This document shows, in pieces, positions 11,705 to 25,771 of a stretch of DNA of 64,000 nucleotides. Each line of letters opens with the position of its first letter. The first letter of the stretch is position 1. The translations under genes were made by a program, and so were the position numbers. The DNA comes from Octopus vulgaris (taxonomy: Eukaryota). Below the pieces are notes generated by a model that made no database searches, was not told the DNA's origin, and saw nothing but the letters and a program-made list of their open reading frames with translations. Location: positions 121,520,001 to 121,584,000 of the forward strand of contig OX597818.1 of NCBI GenBank assembly GCA_951406725.2. The letters run 5' to 3'.

Positions 11705-14418
11705 TAGGTTTATCTACTTTGAGTTCCACAATTAAAATCGAATTGTCTGTTCATTCTGATGCTTATAGTTTTATTCCTTTGGAGATAATTTAAGTCGCAG
11801 ATTGCAACTTAAATTATCCCTTCAAAAGATAATCCCTTCAAAACACTTGATTTTGTTTTGTTTTTATAACTATTTTTACTCTTTTGGTAGAAAATGGATT
11901 GCATTTATTGGGAGAAGGCGCTGGCGGTATTTGCTGAAAAATTAGCTCACTTTATCAGACAGTAAACTGCAAGCAGGATGCTCATACAAAGATCCTAATG
12001 ATACAGATTTTATCTCGCGCATAGATTGTCATGGAGATTTCTCTAAATGACTAGCTTTGATAGTCAATTAGTGGTATTAATTAACAGGTGACAACCTTAC
12101 AAATCTGAAATGACCAATAGCTGTGACAACCGGGATTTTTAAAACCTTTCTAGTCATTGTCAAAATGAAATAACATTGACCTGCCTTAAGACAAAAGGGT
12201 CACAAGGTCTGTCTCTCTGGCAGTGGTTCCCAACCTTTTCTATGCCCCATCCCAATGAAATGCTTAATTTTCGCAGCTTCTTTAAAAAATATCACATTTG
12301 AAAAATTCTAGTGTTTGCTTCTTATTTTTTTATAACAAACCTCGCGATCACCGTATTTTCTCTTGTGTACCCCGAAGGGTACTCGATTTGTGGTGTGAGA
12401 AATCTTAGCTTTTGAAAGTTGGTAAAATATATTTAAGTAGTTTTCATAGTTCATTGATAGATTCAATGATATTAGTTTGTCAGGTAAATTCGTTCGTTTT
12501 TTTTTGCTACTTCGCACTCTATTACCACATGTGTTCAACTTTCAGAAATGACAGGCAAAATTCGTAGAGGAAGAATAGTTGGGAAAATAAAAGTATTTTT
12601 CGTCTCAATTCAAATAACATTGAAAGGATTTTTATACATGAAACAAAATTACCTGATGCAACAAACGTGTTACTTCCATTTAGCTATTCTAAAAAATTTT
12701 TCTTATATATATATATATCCAAAAGTTATTTTTTATAGCGAGGTGCTGTAGACAAGTTTAGGGACTTATGAAACGGATTAACGTTAATCATTTGCATGTC
12801 CGAAGCAATTTCGAAAGTTTCTCCAAGCTTGTTTTTAGTTCTCTCTAGTTTCAAATCTTCTGAGTAATATAAAGCTTTCCTTTCGTAAGTGCGAAGTTAC
12901 TCTAGAGTGAAAAAGACTGTAAATGCTTACCATATGTAATGCATGGATGACAGGAAAATATGTCCCGTGTTTTACATCTGATAGTCAGGACGGGCCAGGG
13001 ATTAACATGAGTAAGAAAGAGAACTTCTCGGTAGTCGTTCCATCTGCTCGGAATATCAACCAAATTCCCTCAAATCAACTTCTGTCTTAAAAGCAAAAAC
13101 AAAAAATGATATTGTGAATAATCTAATCCTACATATATAAAACAGACAAGATGGTTATGGTTGGAACACTTTTGATCATAGGTTTGCCCAGTGTTGAATG
13201 ACCTGGTGTTAAATAACAGAAAAGCAGTATTTGCTGCAAATAACTCAACGTATTGCTTTCATTTATGACAGCTTCACAGAAACACTTCTTGAATTCTAAC
13301 ACGATCACTGATTGACATGTAATAATGAAGCATTCTCATTCACCAAATTTATACTCGTTGATTTTTTTTATTTTCTTAATGTAATTCACTAACTTTTCTT
13401 AGAATATCCTTATCACTTTCTCGAGCGAGTAAATTTTTTTCTTTTGGCTCGAACAAAATATGCCAGAACAATAAAATTTAAGCAAGAAACTAGCCTTGAC
13501 TTTAATCCAAGAATAAGCTGAAACTTTGATCTGATAACTTAATTTCATGTCGGATGGAGACATATGTAAAGTGAAATGCCCGTCTCGCGTAACATTTCTC
13601 CCAGAAGGCCATTTGATATCATTTAAAAATATTTGCTAAACTACTTTTAAGGATGAAAAAAAAAATGATTACTAAAATCCCGATGTCTTTTATTTCAAGA
13701 AATTTTCAAAGCTCTCGTGGGACATACTAGAAGCTGTAGTGCAAATCTAGAACGAACTCCAACGTCTATCGCAAAAGTTCAGTTTCACAAAACGTTCATC
13801 GTTAGGTACAGCCAGTAAAAGGAGACATCAGGAAAGCATTTAGCTTAAGTATTTTATTGGAGTGACTTTCATAATTGTAATTCTTATCAAAGACTGCACT
13901 AAATTACTTCGTTATTAATCTTTTGGATTGGATAGTGTAACTTTTTAATGATATTGAACATTGTCAACAAGTGCAGTTAATGTAAATTGAAAATTTTCAA
14001 AGGAGTTTGCTTTAAGATTCGTATATAGTCCTATACGACTACCGTGTAGTTTAAGAGTTTACAGATATCTTTAAAAAATAGAAGCTTGTTCACTATGAGG
14101 TAAAAAAAAAAAAAACTTGTTTGCGACTGAATGTAATATTCAATACATAATTATTGTTAAACTACTTTTAAGGACGAAAAGAATTGAACTGGGTGAATTT
14201 AGAATAAGCAAATTTGCACGAACTATTCCAAAGTCATGTCCGAAATAGCAAAATATTTTGAAGAACATAAAACTAATTGTATTCTGATTATAATTCTTCA
14301 CTGCATACTATGTAACATCTTATCAATGTGACTTGTTCGCTCTAGGAATTAAAATTTGGAAAATAATTTATAACCCCCAATATGATCAAACATGTCAGTT
14401 TTCAATGACCAGTATGTA

Positions 14419-14970
14419 CTGGGTCAACCCCTAAATAATGCAGTTTTCTTATACGACTTTTATTTTTCAAAATTACCATAAAGTTATTTTTTAAATCTAA
14501 AATACACTCTCATTCATTTTCTACAATGCTCTTCCATCTATCTGGTAGACCTGCAAGGCCCCTCTTCGAAAATTCACTAGTCCGTAACGAAAAATACTCC
14601 TCCAGTACTCTTCTGACCTCCTTTACAGAATTCATATTTTTTCCGTCCAAATGATTTTGAAGATTGCCGAATAAATAAATACCTATTTCTTTACTACCCA
14701 CAAGGGGCTAAACACAGAGAGGACAAACAAGGACAGACAAACTGATCGAGTTGATTATATCGACCGTAGTGCGTAACTGGTACTTATTTAATCGACCCCG
14801 AAAGGATGAAAGGTAAAGTTGACCTCGGCGGAATTTGAAATCAGAACGTAACGGCAGACGAAATACGGCTACGCTTTCGCCCGGCGTGCTAACGTTTCTG
14901 CCAGCTCGCAGAATAAATACCAGTCAGATGGGCAATGTCCGGCGAATGTGGTAGGTGGGCATCGTTTCAT
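14419..14970 (-). mobile_element. Mariner transposase 3' remnant split by a SINE
   Basis: HSPDIA..(insertion)..YLFGNLQNHLDGK...KRGLAGLPDRWKSIVENE matches the mariner YSPDLAPSDYHLF-to-C-terminus region; TA plus a TIR-like end at 14417-14445. Confidence 0.85.
14684..14910 (-). mobile_element. Meta-domain-like SINE, tail A monomer
   Basis: Head to tail; AATAAATACC duplicated on both sides, inside the mariner. Confidence 0.9.
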
Positions 14971-15074
14971 ATAGGCCAATACTTGTTAATTACTGAGAAA
15001 TCATTCCACATTATCTGAACAGATTGTAATTGGTGTTTTTGTGGACTAGTAATGATGTATTTGCTCCTAGTGTT

Positions 15075-15668
15075 CTTTTCTACTCTAAGCACAAGGCCCA
15101 AAATTATGGAGGAGGGGCAAGTCAATTTGATCGACCCCAATACATAACTTCTACTTAATTTATCGACCCCGAAAGGATGAAAGGCAAAGTCGACCTCGGC
15201 GGAATTTGAGCACAGAACGTCGACAGGCGAAATACCTATTTCTTTACTACCCACAATGGGCTAAACACAGAGGGGACAAACAAGGACAGACAAACGGATT
15301 AAGTCGATTATATCGACTATATCGATTATAAGTACCAGTTACGCACTGGTGCGTAACTGGTACTTATTTGATCGATCTCGAAAGGATGAAAGGCAAAGTC
15401 GACCTCGGCGGAATTTGAACTCAGAACGTAGTGGCAGACGAAATACCTATTTCTTTACTACCCACAAGGGGCTAAACACAGAGAGGACAGACAAGGAGAT
15501 TAAGTCGATTACATCGACCCAGTGCGTAACTGGTACTTATTTGATCGATCTCGAAAGGATGAAAGGCAAAGTCGACCTCGGCGGAAGTTGAACTCAGAAC
15601 GTAGTGGCAGACGAAATACCGCTTAGTATTTCGCCCGGCGTGCTAATGTTTCTGCCAACTCGCTGCCT
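15075..15668 (-). mobile_element. SINE tandem array (head + A + A + B units)
   Basis: Repeated units joined at GAAATACC|TATTTCTTTAC on the + strand. Confidence 0.9.
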
Positions 15669-18600
15669 TTTATTTGCCCCTCGTGTTGACTCTTAGATAA
15701 TGTTCATTCAGAAATCTAGCATTTTCCTTTTCCTTTATTTTTATTTTTTATTTTTATCAATTTTCTAATTCTTGAACTCTGGGAGATTTCTGTGATACTT
15801 CTCGAAATAATAGATATCAGAGCAGAAGTCTTTTGGCACAACTATTTTGGCCCTTTCTAAATGGCCTCGCTAATTTGACCTTAACGTATTTGACACCAGA
15901 CGCCTTGTACTCGGGACCATTTAGCATCATGAAAAATTTCTTTTATTTATCACCTCTACTAACTTCATTTTAACTTATTGGTCTTCAATTTATGCATATG
16001 AAGGCTTGCAAAAATGTTTATGTCGATCAGTTTCAATTAATAAATCCCTCCTTTTTCCTCTCTCTCTCTCTGTATGTGAGAATGTTTTTGAATGTGTTTG
16101 CTTCCAGTGCTAAAAAGAGCTGTTGCCGAAATAGGTTGAATGTCCAGTCAGCTGTGCCAGACCACCAGCGTCCAACATCCTCACTCGCTCTCGTTTCATT
16201 CCACATGAAAGAGCCCCAGAATTATTCTCATTATCAAAGCCGTAACTTTGACTCGATAAACAAACTAATTCACTATATTTCAGATCCTCTTTCCGGTTTA
16301 TAATTTTCTATAAACGCTAATTTGTGCGCAATTGAGCCAACATAAATTTGTGTTTAATCTTACAAGCGTTTCAAGATAAAACATAAGGAAAGCAGCTGTA
16401 ATCTAAGCGATATGCTTTAGGGAATTGCTGCTAACGGATGGTGCTAGCCTACAAGATATGGTAAGAAAGGTACAGTGTAAACAGGTAGGCAAAGTAAAAG
16501 CTTAAACTTCCCCCTGGGAACGATAGAACTGCTCAATTTATTTCAACAAACCATTCAGATGTTAAATAGTTGATGAAAAATAGGCCAGATTCTTTCCATG
16601 TATTTGTACTTTATACTGTTCATTCATTTTAATGCGTGTAAGATAAACTACAAGTAAACCTCGTATAAAGAATCAACTGAGCTGTTATCAAACTGGTGGT
16701 ATTTCTTTATATATATAATACAGAAAGTAGTGATACTTGTCAGTAGCGGTTTTAGACTTTGATCTTCGTTATAGTTCCTTTTGTACATACCTTTGTGTCA
16801 TGACATTAAGCTGGAATATATGGTCACTTACATTGGCTTCATATAATAAGATTCCTGTTAATTTATTGTGAAATATTTACTTTTAATTGGATTTATATTC
16901 CGTAATTTCTATGATGGATATCCTTTAAATCAAACTATTAGAGTTTATTCATTTAATTTCAAATCTCTTATCTCTTTTTGCTTTTTCTTCATTCTTCAGG
17001 GACTGATAGAGTAAATACCACCCTTTCTTACATATTTCTTGTTTGAGCCATTGATCCAAAGTGTTTATTGAATTTTCTTTTAGTTTTTTTCAGTAAATAT
17101 TTGATCAAGGCTCCAACAAACGCATTATATGTTAATAAATAACTACAGCTGGGGGATATCTAACGTTATATTATGGTAACCGCAGTAACGCAATTTGAGT
17201 AAAATACTCAATAATAGTTAAACAGAAACTTCAGTGGATCTGCTTGAACACTAGACCAGCGTCGAAGAGCGGTGAAATCTCCCTGAAAGAAAATTACAAA
17301 TAATGAAGAGTATTATTTTTATCTAATTTTTATTTTTAAAAAAAGCCAAAAAACTATAAATTGGCCAGTAGTAAGTTGATTACAACTAATGATTGCATTA
17401 TTTGTAATAACTAGCGGAGGGAGAAAAGATTAAAAGGCCCGCCGTTTAGGAAACGCTCAATGTTTCTTTTACTAAAATGGCTGATATTTTAAGGAGAATG
17501 ACTGCTATTTCTAACATGGCAAGCAGTTGTGCAGAAATCTCTGTGTAGCTTACATCACTGTTGTCAGAATCTTTGGGAGAATAGTCATTTCTAGCTTGGA
17601 CACAGACACAGATTTGAGCGAGATCAATAAAATTGGGTCTTGATGTTCTTGAATGGTTTTTTTCCTTCGTTCTAGGAAGAATGAGAGGCAAAATTGAGTT
17701 CGGCAGGATTCGAACCGTAAAGAACCGACAATGATTTCTGATTTTAGGCGCAAGGTCTTCAGGTTTGAGAAGAGGGAGTGAGTTAATACCAGCAATACCA
17801 TTGTTTGACTTATACTCCATGGAAACTGAGTGAATCTCTGGCCTTATGAGTCCTAGGATTCATAACGAACCAACGTCTAGTGTCCAAAGCCGTCTTCAGG
17901 CATTGGCACACACAGCAAATCCCAAAGACCCCAATGATATGCGGACACAGTACTAATCTAAGCATAACTGGCACACGTCATGTCTGTAAGGACCTGGTGT
18001 ATTGCTTTGTCCTGGTCAGGGAGTGGGGTGTTATGCTATGAAGACATCCCTGCCGGAGTCCACATATTCATGCAACAGAAACATACAAAGATCTGTCAAA
18101 ACGTGTGAACAAAATTACATAAAAATGAGGGGAGGAGAAAAGACAATTTTTTCCAATCACACAAAATAATTAAAGGAAGATGATTAAACATATAATCGAG
18201 ATATAATTTAAGGAAAACAATCTTTTGAGCTTAGATCACGGCTCCCACAACTCCAATCCTCAACATCCCTTCCTATATTGTCCGGTAGAATGTTGCCTGT
18301 ACCTACCAAGAAGTACACGTGGGCATATCAAACGTCGGAGCAGACATGAAGGGCTTGCGTCTGTGACCCAGGTAGATCTGTGTAGTCCGCAAAAATAGTT
18401 TACCTGCGTGGGATCATATTCTGCATGACACGTACGTTCGAAGGCCATCTCCTCGTGAATTGTCTGCATTTACTCTTTCCCTAAATATTCATGTAAATGT
18501 CATCTCTCAAGGTTCATGGTTTGTTCTACGAAGAGCTAAAAATTGTGGAGATGGAAGTAGTTTTAACCTTTATTTTCATAGCTCATTTTCCCCTTCAATT

Positions 18601-18881
18601 ACGTTTCTTTGTAAGTCGCTTCTTTCTTTGCAACCTTTTTGGCAGTTTACTACCTTTTGTCAAAAGTCGACGGAGGGGGTGCTACTAGGAAGGGGGACGC
18701 TGGACGAGTGTGTAAGTTCTCATCGAAAATTGTATCCTCTGGGACCCACTGTTGCTGTTGAATATTTTGCTCATCACTTCTCCTTAAAGCTCTCGTGGAC
18801 TGAAAGCTAATAGCATTTACTGTCACATACGTAGCACCTAGGTCTTGCAGCACTGATCTCCGGTTTTTTTTCTTTCGCGTT

Positions 18882-19894
18882 TCTGACTGGGTGCCGCACT
18901 GGTATGGTTTTGTGGTATTGGGGGATCATTAAGAGATTTATATCTATTAGTAACTCGCCCAACCTCATGTCGATCATAGCCATCTCAGCACTCGTTGCCT
19001 ACCTGTACTTCTGGACACAAACACTTTAAATTGCTTTTAGTATCAAACGTATAGCAGCTGGCTTTTCTGCTCTCTCCTCCAGGCCTTTATCGCCTTTCTT
19101 TCTGCTTTTACAATGGTGTACAGCACTGGAATTGTTCCCTGGTCTTCGGAGGCCAGCATGATCTGTATGATTCTACAGACTCCATCGGACCATATCTCAT
19201 CCCATGACACAGTGGCGATTATCACCAGTCTGTAGTGTGCCGCAAACATGGCAGAGGACCAAAGGTCTCCGTCATCCCAATATTCTTTGCTAGCCTTCGT
19301 GTTATGTTGGCCCATGTACTGCGGCAACAGGCTTTGGGTAGGTGTGTGACTCACCAGTTCGGCCTGCTTCCACATCCTGTCTTTAATTTTGAAGACTAGG
19401 CACGAACTTTATATGCACTATTTCTATGGATTGAACAGACATCGTCGTATCACACCTCATTTAGGACTTCATTTAATTGTTCTTCTGGGAAGATATAGAA
19501 ACTCTTAGGACCTTCACAAATCAATTGTAACTTTCCTCCTTGGATAAATTCCTCGGGTAAAGAGACAATGCCGCTTCCATTTTTTTATGGAATTCGACCC
19601 CCATCTGAAGCTTTCCTTTGGTTTTTACTGCTAGCAAAGGCACTATTATTACAACTCTTCTTTCCAACTGTCAAATTCTAACTCTGTTTATGTATCTTTC
19701 ATTAAACATTCCTGTCAAAATGACTTTTTCAATGTTAGTGTTCTTGATTGGCTTTGGTATAGCAGAAGCACTGATAGGCAGCGAGTACCGAGATGGCTAT
19801 GATCGACATGTGTTTGGGCGAGTTACTAAGAGATATAAATCTCTTAATGATCCCCCAATACCACAAAACCATACCGGTGCGGCACCCAGTCAGA
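18882..19894. repeat. ~132-bp inverted repeat pair around a ~750-bp spacer
   Basis: 18882-19013 is the near reverse complement of 19763-19894. Confidence 0.9.
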
Positions 19895-20706
19895 TTTGAG
19901 AAGTTGCTCTTAATTATCATCATCGTTTTAACATCTGCTTTTCCATGCATGCATGGGTCGGACAGAGTTTACTGAGGCAAGTTTTCTGCGGCTAGATGCC
20001 CTTCCTGTCGCCAACCTTCACCAGCTCCAAGCGAGGTAATATTTCCCCATTGCCAGAAAAAGTTTCGCAGAATATTGGGAATTATATATAATCTAATAAA
20101 ATATAGTCGCATTTCTTCATTCTTAAAGTATGCTGGGTTCTTTTGATCAGGAATCTTTTTATAGAACTTGCAAGTATTATTCATTGATACATTAAATAAC
20201 AAACTCGAATGTTATTTTCTCTTATTTATATATATATTCACTATTTATATATGTTTTACTTTGTTCGGTTTACTTCTATAATTTCATAACTGGCTTTCAC
20301 AAGAATTTATCTGCTGCATAAGAATAGCACGAAGCCACTAATGAATAGCTTGAAGCCCGACATATATACTGAACTCCCGCTACAACGTAAAATAACTATA
20401 CTGCGGTGGATTCCATATGTACACCAGTATTTTTGTGTACTCATTCCAAAGTTATATGGAACCCCACTCCATTTAAGCTGCTCGCCTGTCGGTTTTATCA
20501 TTCTCGTCTCCTGGAATTTAATCCCTTTCAAATTGAGGTGTTTTTTGATAGGGTGTCTCTCCGGTTCACATGCTGTCACCTCGGGTGTATCCCAGTTTTA
20601 TTTTCTACTTCAGACGTTTGTGTGTTAACCACTTGCATTACCAAATAACGCTCACTTTTATGCAAATTGCATTTCTTTCTCCTCTCTAATATGCCGCGCA
20701 TATACC

Positions 20707-20935
20707 TATTTCTTTACAACCCACAAGGAGCTAAACACACAGTGGACAAACAAGGACAGACAAGCGGATTAAGCCGATTATATCGACCCCAGTGCATAAC
20801 TGATACTTAATTTATCGACTCCGAAATGATGAAAGGCAAAGTCGACCTCGGCGGAATTTGAATTCAGAACGTAACGACAGACGAAATACTGCTAAGCATT
20901 TCGTCCGGCGCGCTAACGTTTCTGCCAGCTCGCCA
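20707..20935 (-). mobile_element. Meta-domain-like SINE, tail A monomer
   Basis: Collinear with 14684-14910. Confidence 0.9.
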
Positions 20936-22039
20936 CCACAGTGGAATACCATCTTCCAGTGGTGCTGCTGCGACCCATAGACAAGTTGTGAATAACATCC
21001 CAAAGAACGTTATTCAAATGATTGAAAGACTGACTCACCAACACATTACGACCTCAAGCCCAACACACCGTTTCCTACCTGCCTGTTCTATGACTACCAC
21101 ATCGGCCCCCGCCCCTCTAAACTAACTAGATAGAAACCACCTCCATTAAGGATTACCCTACACACCTGTCATTCATCCTCTTTATTCTCTACCCTCGGCC
21201 ACAATGCCCAATCTCGCAAAATCGTGAAAACCTTTGAAATTTTATCACTCGCGATTTTTGCCAACTTGTGTCTTAATATGTTAGATGGAAATTATGGAAG
21301 CTCGTCGTAACTATGGAAGCCCGTCATATGTATGTGTTCCTTTGTGTGTTTACCTTCTCTCATCGCTCGACAACTAATGTTAGTTCCTTTACATTCTGTA
21401 AATTAGCGGTTCGGCAAACGAGTCCGATAGAATAAGTACCAGATTTCTTTTAAAAAAATAAGTACTGGGAGCGATTTGTTCGCCTAAACCCTTCAAGGCG
21501 ATGCTCCAGCATGGCCACAATCAAATGACTGAAATAAGCAAAAGTAATAATATACCAACATGCAGATTCTGAAACTGAACATCAGCCTTATCAATCTCAC
21601 GAAAACCAGACGACCTGCAAAATCTATGTGCACTGTCTTTAGTAGACCTTGAATACTTTTGATTTCTTTTCAAATAGACACACTTCATATCTTAAATACA
21701 GTTCTTTCTGCATCGACTGAGTTTGTTATCAGCTTTACGTTGGTAGAAAAAATTGCTACGTAAAAATAATAGTCACAGGCTCCTCAATGATTTCAGCATA
21801 TTTATAAGACCTTTTTCCTTAAGTTTGATTTCTTTCTTTGATTCAATAGGAAGGATTCTTCCTCGATATTGTTCCAAATTGATTCCTAATGGTCAGTTGT
21901 GATTGCAAAACAACAAAGCTTCTGATTAAAACTCTCTGGTTTGGCACAAAATTTGGGTATTTGCTTTTAAAGTATTCAAAAATTCGTCAAAATTACAAAT
22001 ATCTTCCAATGAGTAATCGATGTTGAAACATCTTCATAT

Positions 22040-22260
22040 CATTTTTTCATTTTCATCTAGTTTCAGCTCACGAGCTGTGGCTATGCTGGGGCACCGCCAT
22101 TCGGTGTTGCTACATGATTTTACTTCACGAATGCTTTTTAGCAATTGACATTTGGTACATGAGAGATTTTGATGCAGCTGCCCTCATCTGCACCTCCTGC
22201 CGTGAAGTTGGTTCATCTGGGACACCTGACAGGAAGAGGTCCAGCTTTATTTTAAAGACA
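22040..22260 (-). mobile_element. 3' end of a young CR1-group LINE
   Basis: VFKIKLDLFLSGVPDEPTSRQEVQMRAAAS, then a 3'UTR and an ATGAA-like tail; nearly identical to 34035-34260. Confidence 0.8.
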
Positions 22261-24814
22261 TATACTTAGAAGATGCTAGTAAAACAGACTCTTTGATAAA
22301 CTTCTCTTAAGTTGATAATGTTAACAATTTGTAAATTGGTTAGTATTTTCCCAAAATCTTTTGCGATTTTATACACGCATTCTTTCTTGATATGAATAAT
22401 GAGGCCAATAACCAGTCACAAAAGAACATTTGACAGCCAGAGAAACAATTTTTGTTTTACTTGTTTCAGTGCTTGGAATGCGGCCATGCTGGTGCACTGC
22501 TATGAAGAATGAGCTCACAAATTGAACCCAGTATTTAATTTTAAATCTGTTAACTATTATATCTGTCTTTTTTGCCAAACCATTAAGTTACTTAGATGTA
22601 AAGAAAACAATAGCGGTTGTCAAGCGGTGGTGGGATACACCTACACGCGCGCACGTGCGGAGGCTTCTTTCAGTTTCCGTCAACTTGATTTGCATTCAAT
22701 GCTTCAATCTGCCTGGAGCTGCAGGTAAAGACACTTAACCAAAGTTTGGTGCAGTCTATATGCCTGAAACTAATACATGGTTGGGAAGTAATCTCACCTG
22801 AAATGAAAAAAGAATTCAGTTTTATGTACCAAATTTAGAGGACTATTTCATTAAGCATTACCGTAGACTAGCAAGTATGAGAGATTGCAAACAAATCTGT
22901 GAATTCTGCTTATTTCTTCGTTAATTTCAAAGTTTTACAACCTACAATATTAGGCAGCTGTGTGGTAAAATGTTTGCTACTCTAGCCTTGGACTAATCAA
23001 AGTGAGTGAATTTGGTAGATGGAAACTGGAAGAAGTCTGTTATATAGAAACCAAGGTTTAAATATATAAGCAATTTGGCAAATTACAATCAGATTGGTGG
23101 ATGGAAATATTTTAAAAAATTGTATTGGGTTGTTAGCTTTTTTCTACTTGGCACTCCATGGTCATAAGTCTGAAAAGCTATAAAAAAATTATTCAAATTT
23201 CAAAAACAATGAACTAAATTGTCGAGGAAGAATAGAGCTACATAAAGCACTATAATATTTTTCGTGTTAATTCAAATAACACTTGAAAGTATGGAAAATG
23301 ATTAAGGTGGAGAAAATGACGAATTTACCTGAAAGCTCAATATCTAAAGACTGTTGCCTTCTATACGGAGCAATATCCAGGAAAAATAGTACAGAGAAAG
23401 ATTACTTTCGAACCCGAACCGAAGGAAATTTCCATAAACTCTTGACCTTCTAGTTTTAGCCAAATATCCTTCAAATTATTTCGTACCGTCTGGAATAGGG
23501 TAAGAATACATGAGACGTCTGTCACTTGAATATCTTTCGACGAAATGTCTACTTGATTACTTTTGCATGTCCTGTGGATCATATATGGTCCACATCACCC
23601 TAGTGTCAATGCATTCTATATCATATACATTCTCAATATTTTTTCCAACTACTAGAGTAACTTGGGGTTCATTAAAGGAAAGCTTTATATCTCTCAGATC
23701 TTATGAAAAAAGCACTAACTAAAACTCTGTCCTAAATAAGGGCTAACTAAACAAGCATGGATGTTTAGGACAAACTTATGAAAACGCTTTGGACAGGCAA
23801 AGGGTTAAGGTTGATTTGAAGCCATGCATTGTTTCTAAGCTAAGAACTGCATTCCTAAACCACAATGTTTTGCGTCAGATCCCACTGTGCGGCACCTTCA
23901 ACTTTAGCCACGAGTTGACCAAATCCTTGGGAGTAGAATTCGGTAAATAGAAGCACTGGAAAACTATCGGCGGAACAGTTTTGTTTTGTGACTGTAGACT
24001 TCCCCGTCCCGTTTAGTACCATTTCCAGGTCCGTCGGTGTCTTTTGCAGAGCCGATTCTGCTGCAAGCGTTTTGTCCAAATTTCCAATCTGTGGGTAATT
24101 TCTTCCCACCAAACAGAGACGTTACTCTTCCTCCTTTGACCTTACTAATAAAAATTAAAAAAACTAAAAGCAGATGATGATCAGAAATCAAACCTACCAA
24201 AATGGTTGCATTGATACAAATATTCTAATTAAAAGAAATCTTCAAGGATGAGAATGATAGTCACAAAATATCTTGTTAACCCAAACATTTAAATATCTAA
24301 TCTATGTGTTTGTTTATTGTATTTCTTTTATGTTTGAACGGAGAGAAGCTTACGTTTTCACATTCCTTTGTAATCAATTTTTTTCACAAATGCCTAGTGA
24401 CCTTGATGTAGGACACCTATATTTATAAACACATTACTCAAACACGTTTTGTCTGTTGAATGTAAAAGTTAGAGCGATAAAACTGTAATGCTTTTGATTG
24501 TAATAAACAATACGCATTCATAAACGAACCGAGAGTAAAAAGAAAAATTACCTGTGCGAGCATATTTTTTATGCAACAATTTTGGTAAATTCCTATAGCA
24601 TACATATGGATAGTTTGAGTTTATTTTTATATATCATTGAATTTTCCTTCTATAAAGATATAGGTTAAGCCCGGTTGGTCACTGCGATTCTGCTTCGATT
24701 TTGAATTAATGCAAGTTCGCTAACACGGCTATTCTTGAAGTAAATGATGAACCTTCAATGTAGACGCTTAACCTGCTAGACCTAGCTACAGCATCTCCGT
24801 AGTACACCCAACAT

Positions 24815-25203
24815 GGATGGAAGCACTCCGTCGGTTACGACGACGAGGGTTCCGGTTGATCCGAATCAACGGAACAGCCTGCTCGTGAAATTAACGTGTA
24901 AGTGGCTGAGCACTCCACAGACACGTGTACCCTTAACGTAGTTCTCGGGGATATTCAGCGTGACACAGAGAGTGACAAGGCCGGCCCTTTGAAATACAGG
25001 TACAACAGAAACAGGAAGTAAGAGTGAGAGAAAGTGGCGGTGAAAGAGTACAGCAGGGATCACCACCATCCCCTGCCGGAGCCTCGTGGAGCTTTAGGTG
25101 TTTTCGCTCAATAAACACTCACAACGCCCGGTCTGGGAATCGAAACCGCGATCCTATGACCGCGAGTCCGCTGCCCTAACCACTGGGCCATTGCGCCTCC
25201 ACA
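24815..25203 (-). mobile_element. Full-length OR1-like SINE (body X, tail 1)
   Basis: tRNA head with A/B boxes; 11-bp TSD ACACCCAACAT at 24804-24814 and 25204-25214. Confidence 0.93.
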
Positions 25204-25388
25204 ACACCCAACATCAGGCTGGCATGGCATAGGCTCAGGAACAGGGGGTACAAGCGCACACTTAATTTTTTTTTTTTCGGAATGGGGGAAATGAAAACGC
25301 TTTGAACATCCTCCTGAAAAACTTCATAGCCAAAAACGAACGAGCGTAGAAACATTTCTAGGCTGGTTTGAAAGCTTACTTTTCCATT

Positions 25389-25771
25389 GTGGAAGCACTC
25401 CGTCGGTTACAACCACGAGGGTTCCGGTTGATCCGAATCAACGGAACAGCCTGCTCGTGAAATTAACGTGTAAGTGGCTGAGCACTCCACAGACACGTGT
25501 ACCCTTAACGTAGTTCTCGGGGATATTCAACGTGACACAGAGCGACAAGGCCAGCCCTTTGAAATACAGGTACAACAGAAACAGGAAGTAAGAGTGAGAG
25601 AAAGTTGTGGTGAAAGAGTACAGCAGGGATCACCACCATCCCTGCCGGGGCCTCGTGGAGCTTTAGGTGTTTTCGCTCAATAAACACTCACAACGCCCAG
25701 TCTGGGAATCGAAACCGCGATCCTACGACCGCGAGTCCGCTGCCCTAACCACTGGGCCATTGCGCCTCCAC
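25389..25771 (-). mobile_element. Full-length OR1-like SINE (body X, tail 1)
   Basis: 11-bp TSD ACTTTTCCATT at 25378-25388 and 25772-25782. Confidence 0.93.

Noticed and set aside
14684-15668. Regular repeats resembling a CRISPR array
   Set aside because: Eukaryotic context, ~184-bp SINE units without unique spacers, and no cas genes.
25130-25203. tRNA genes at SINE heads (also 8692, 25700, 36695, 41965, 62660)
   Set aside because: They continue into SINE bodies, most flanked by TSDs, so they are tRNA-derived heads rather than tRNA genes.
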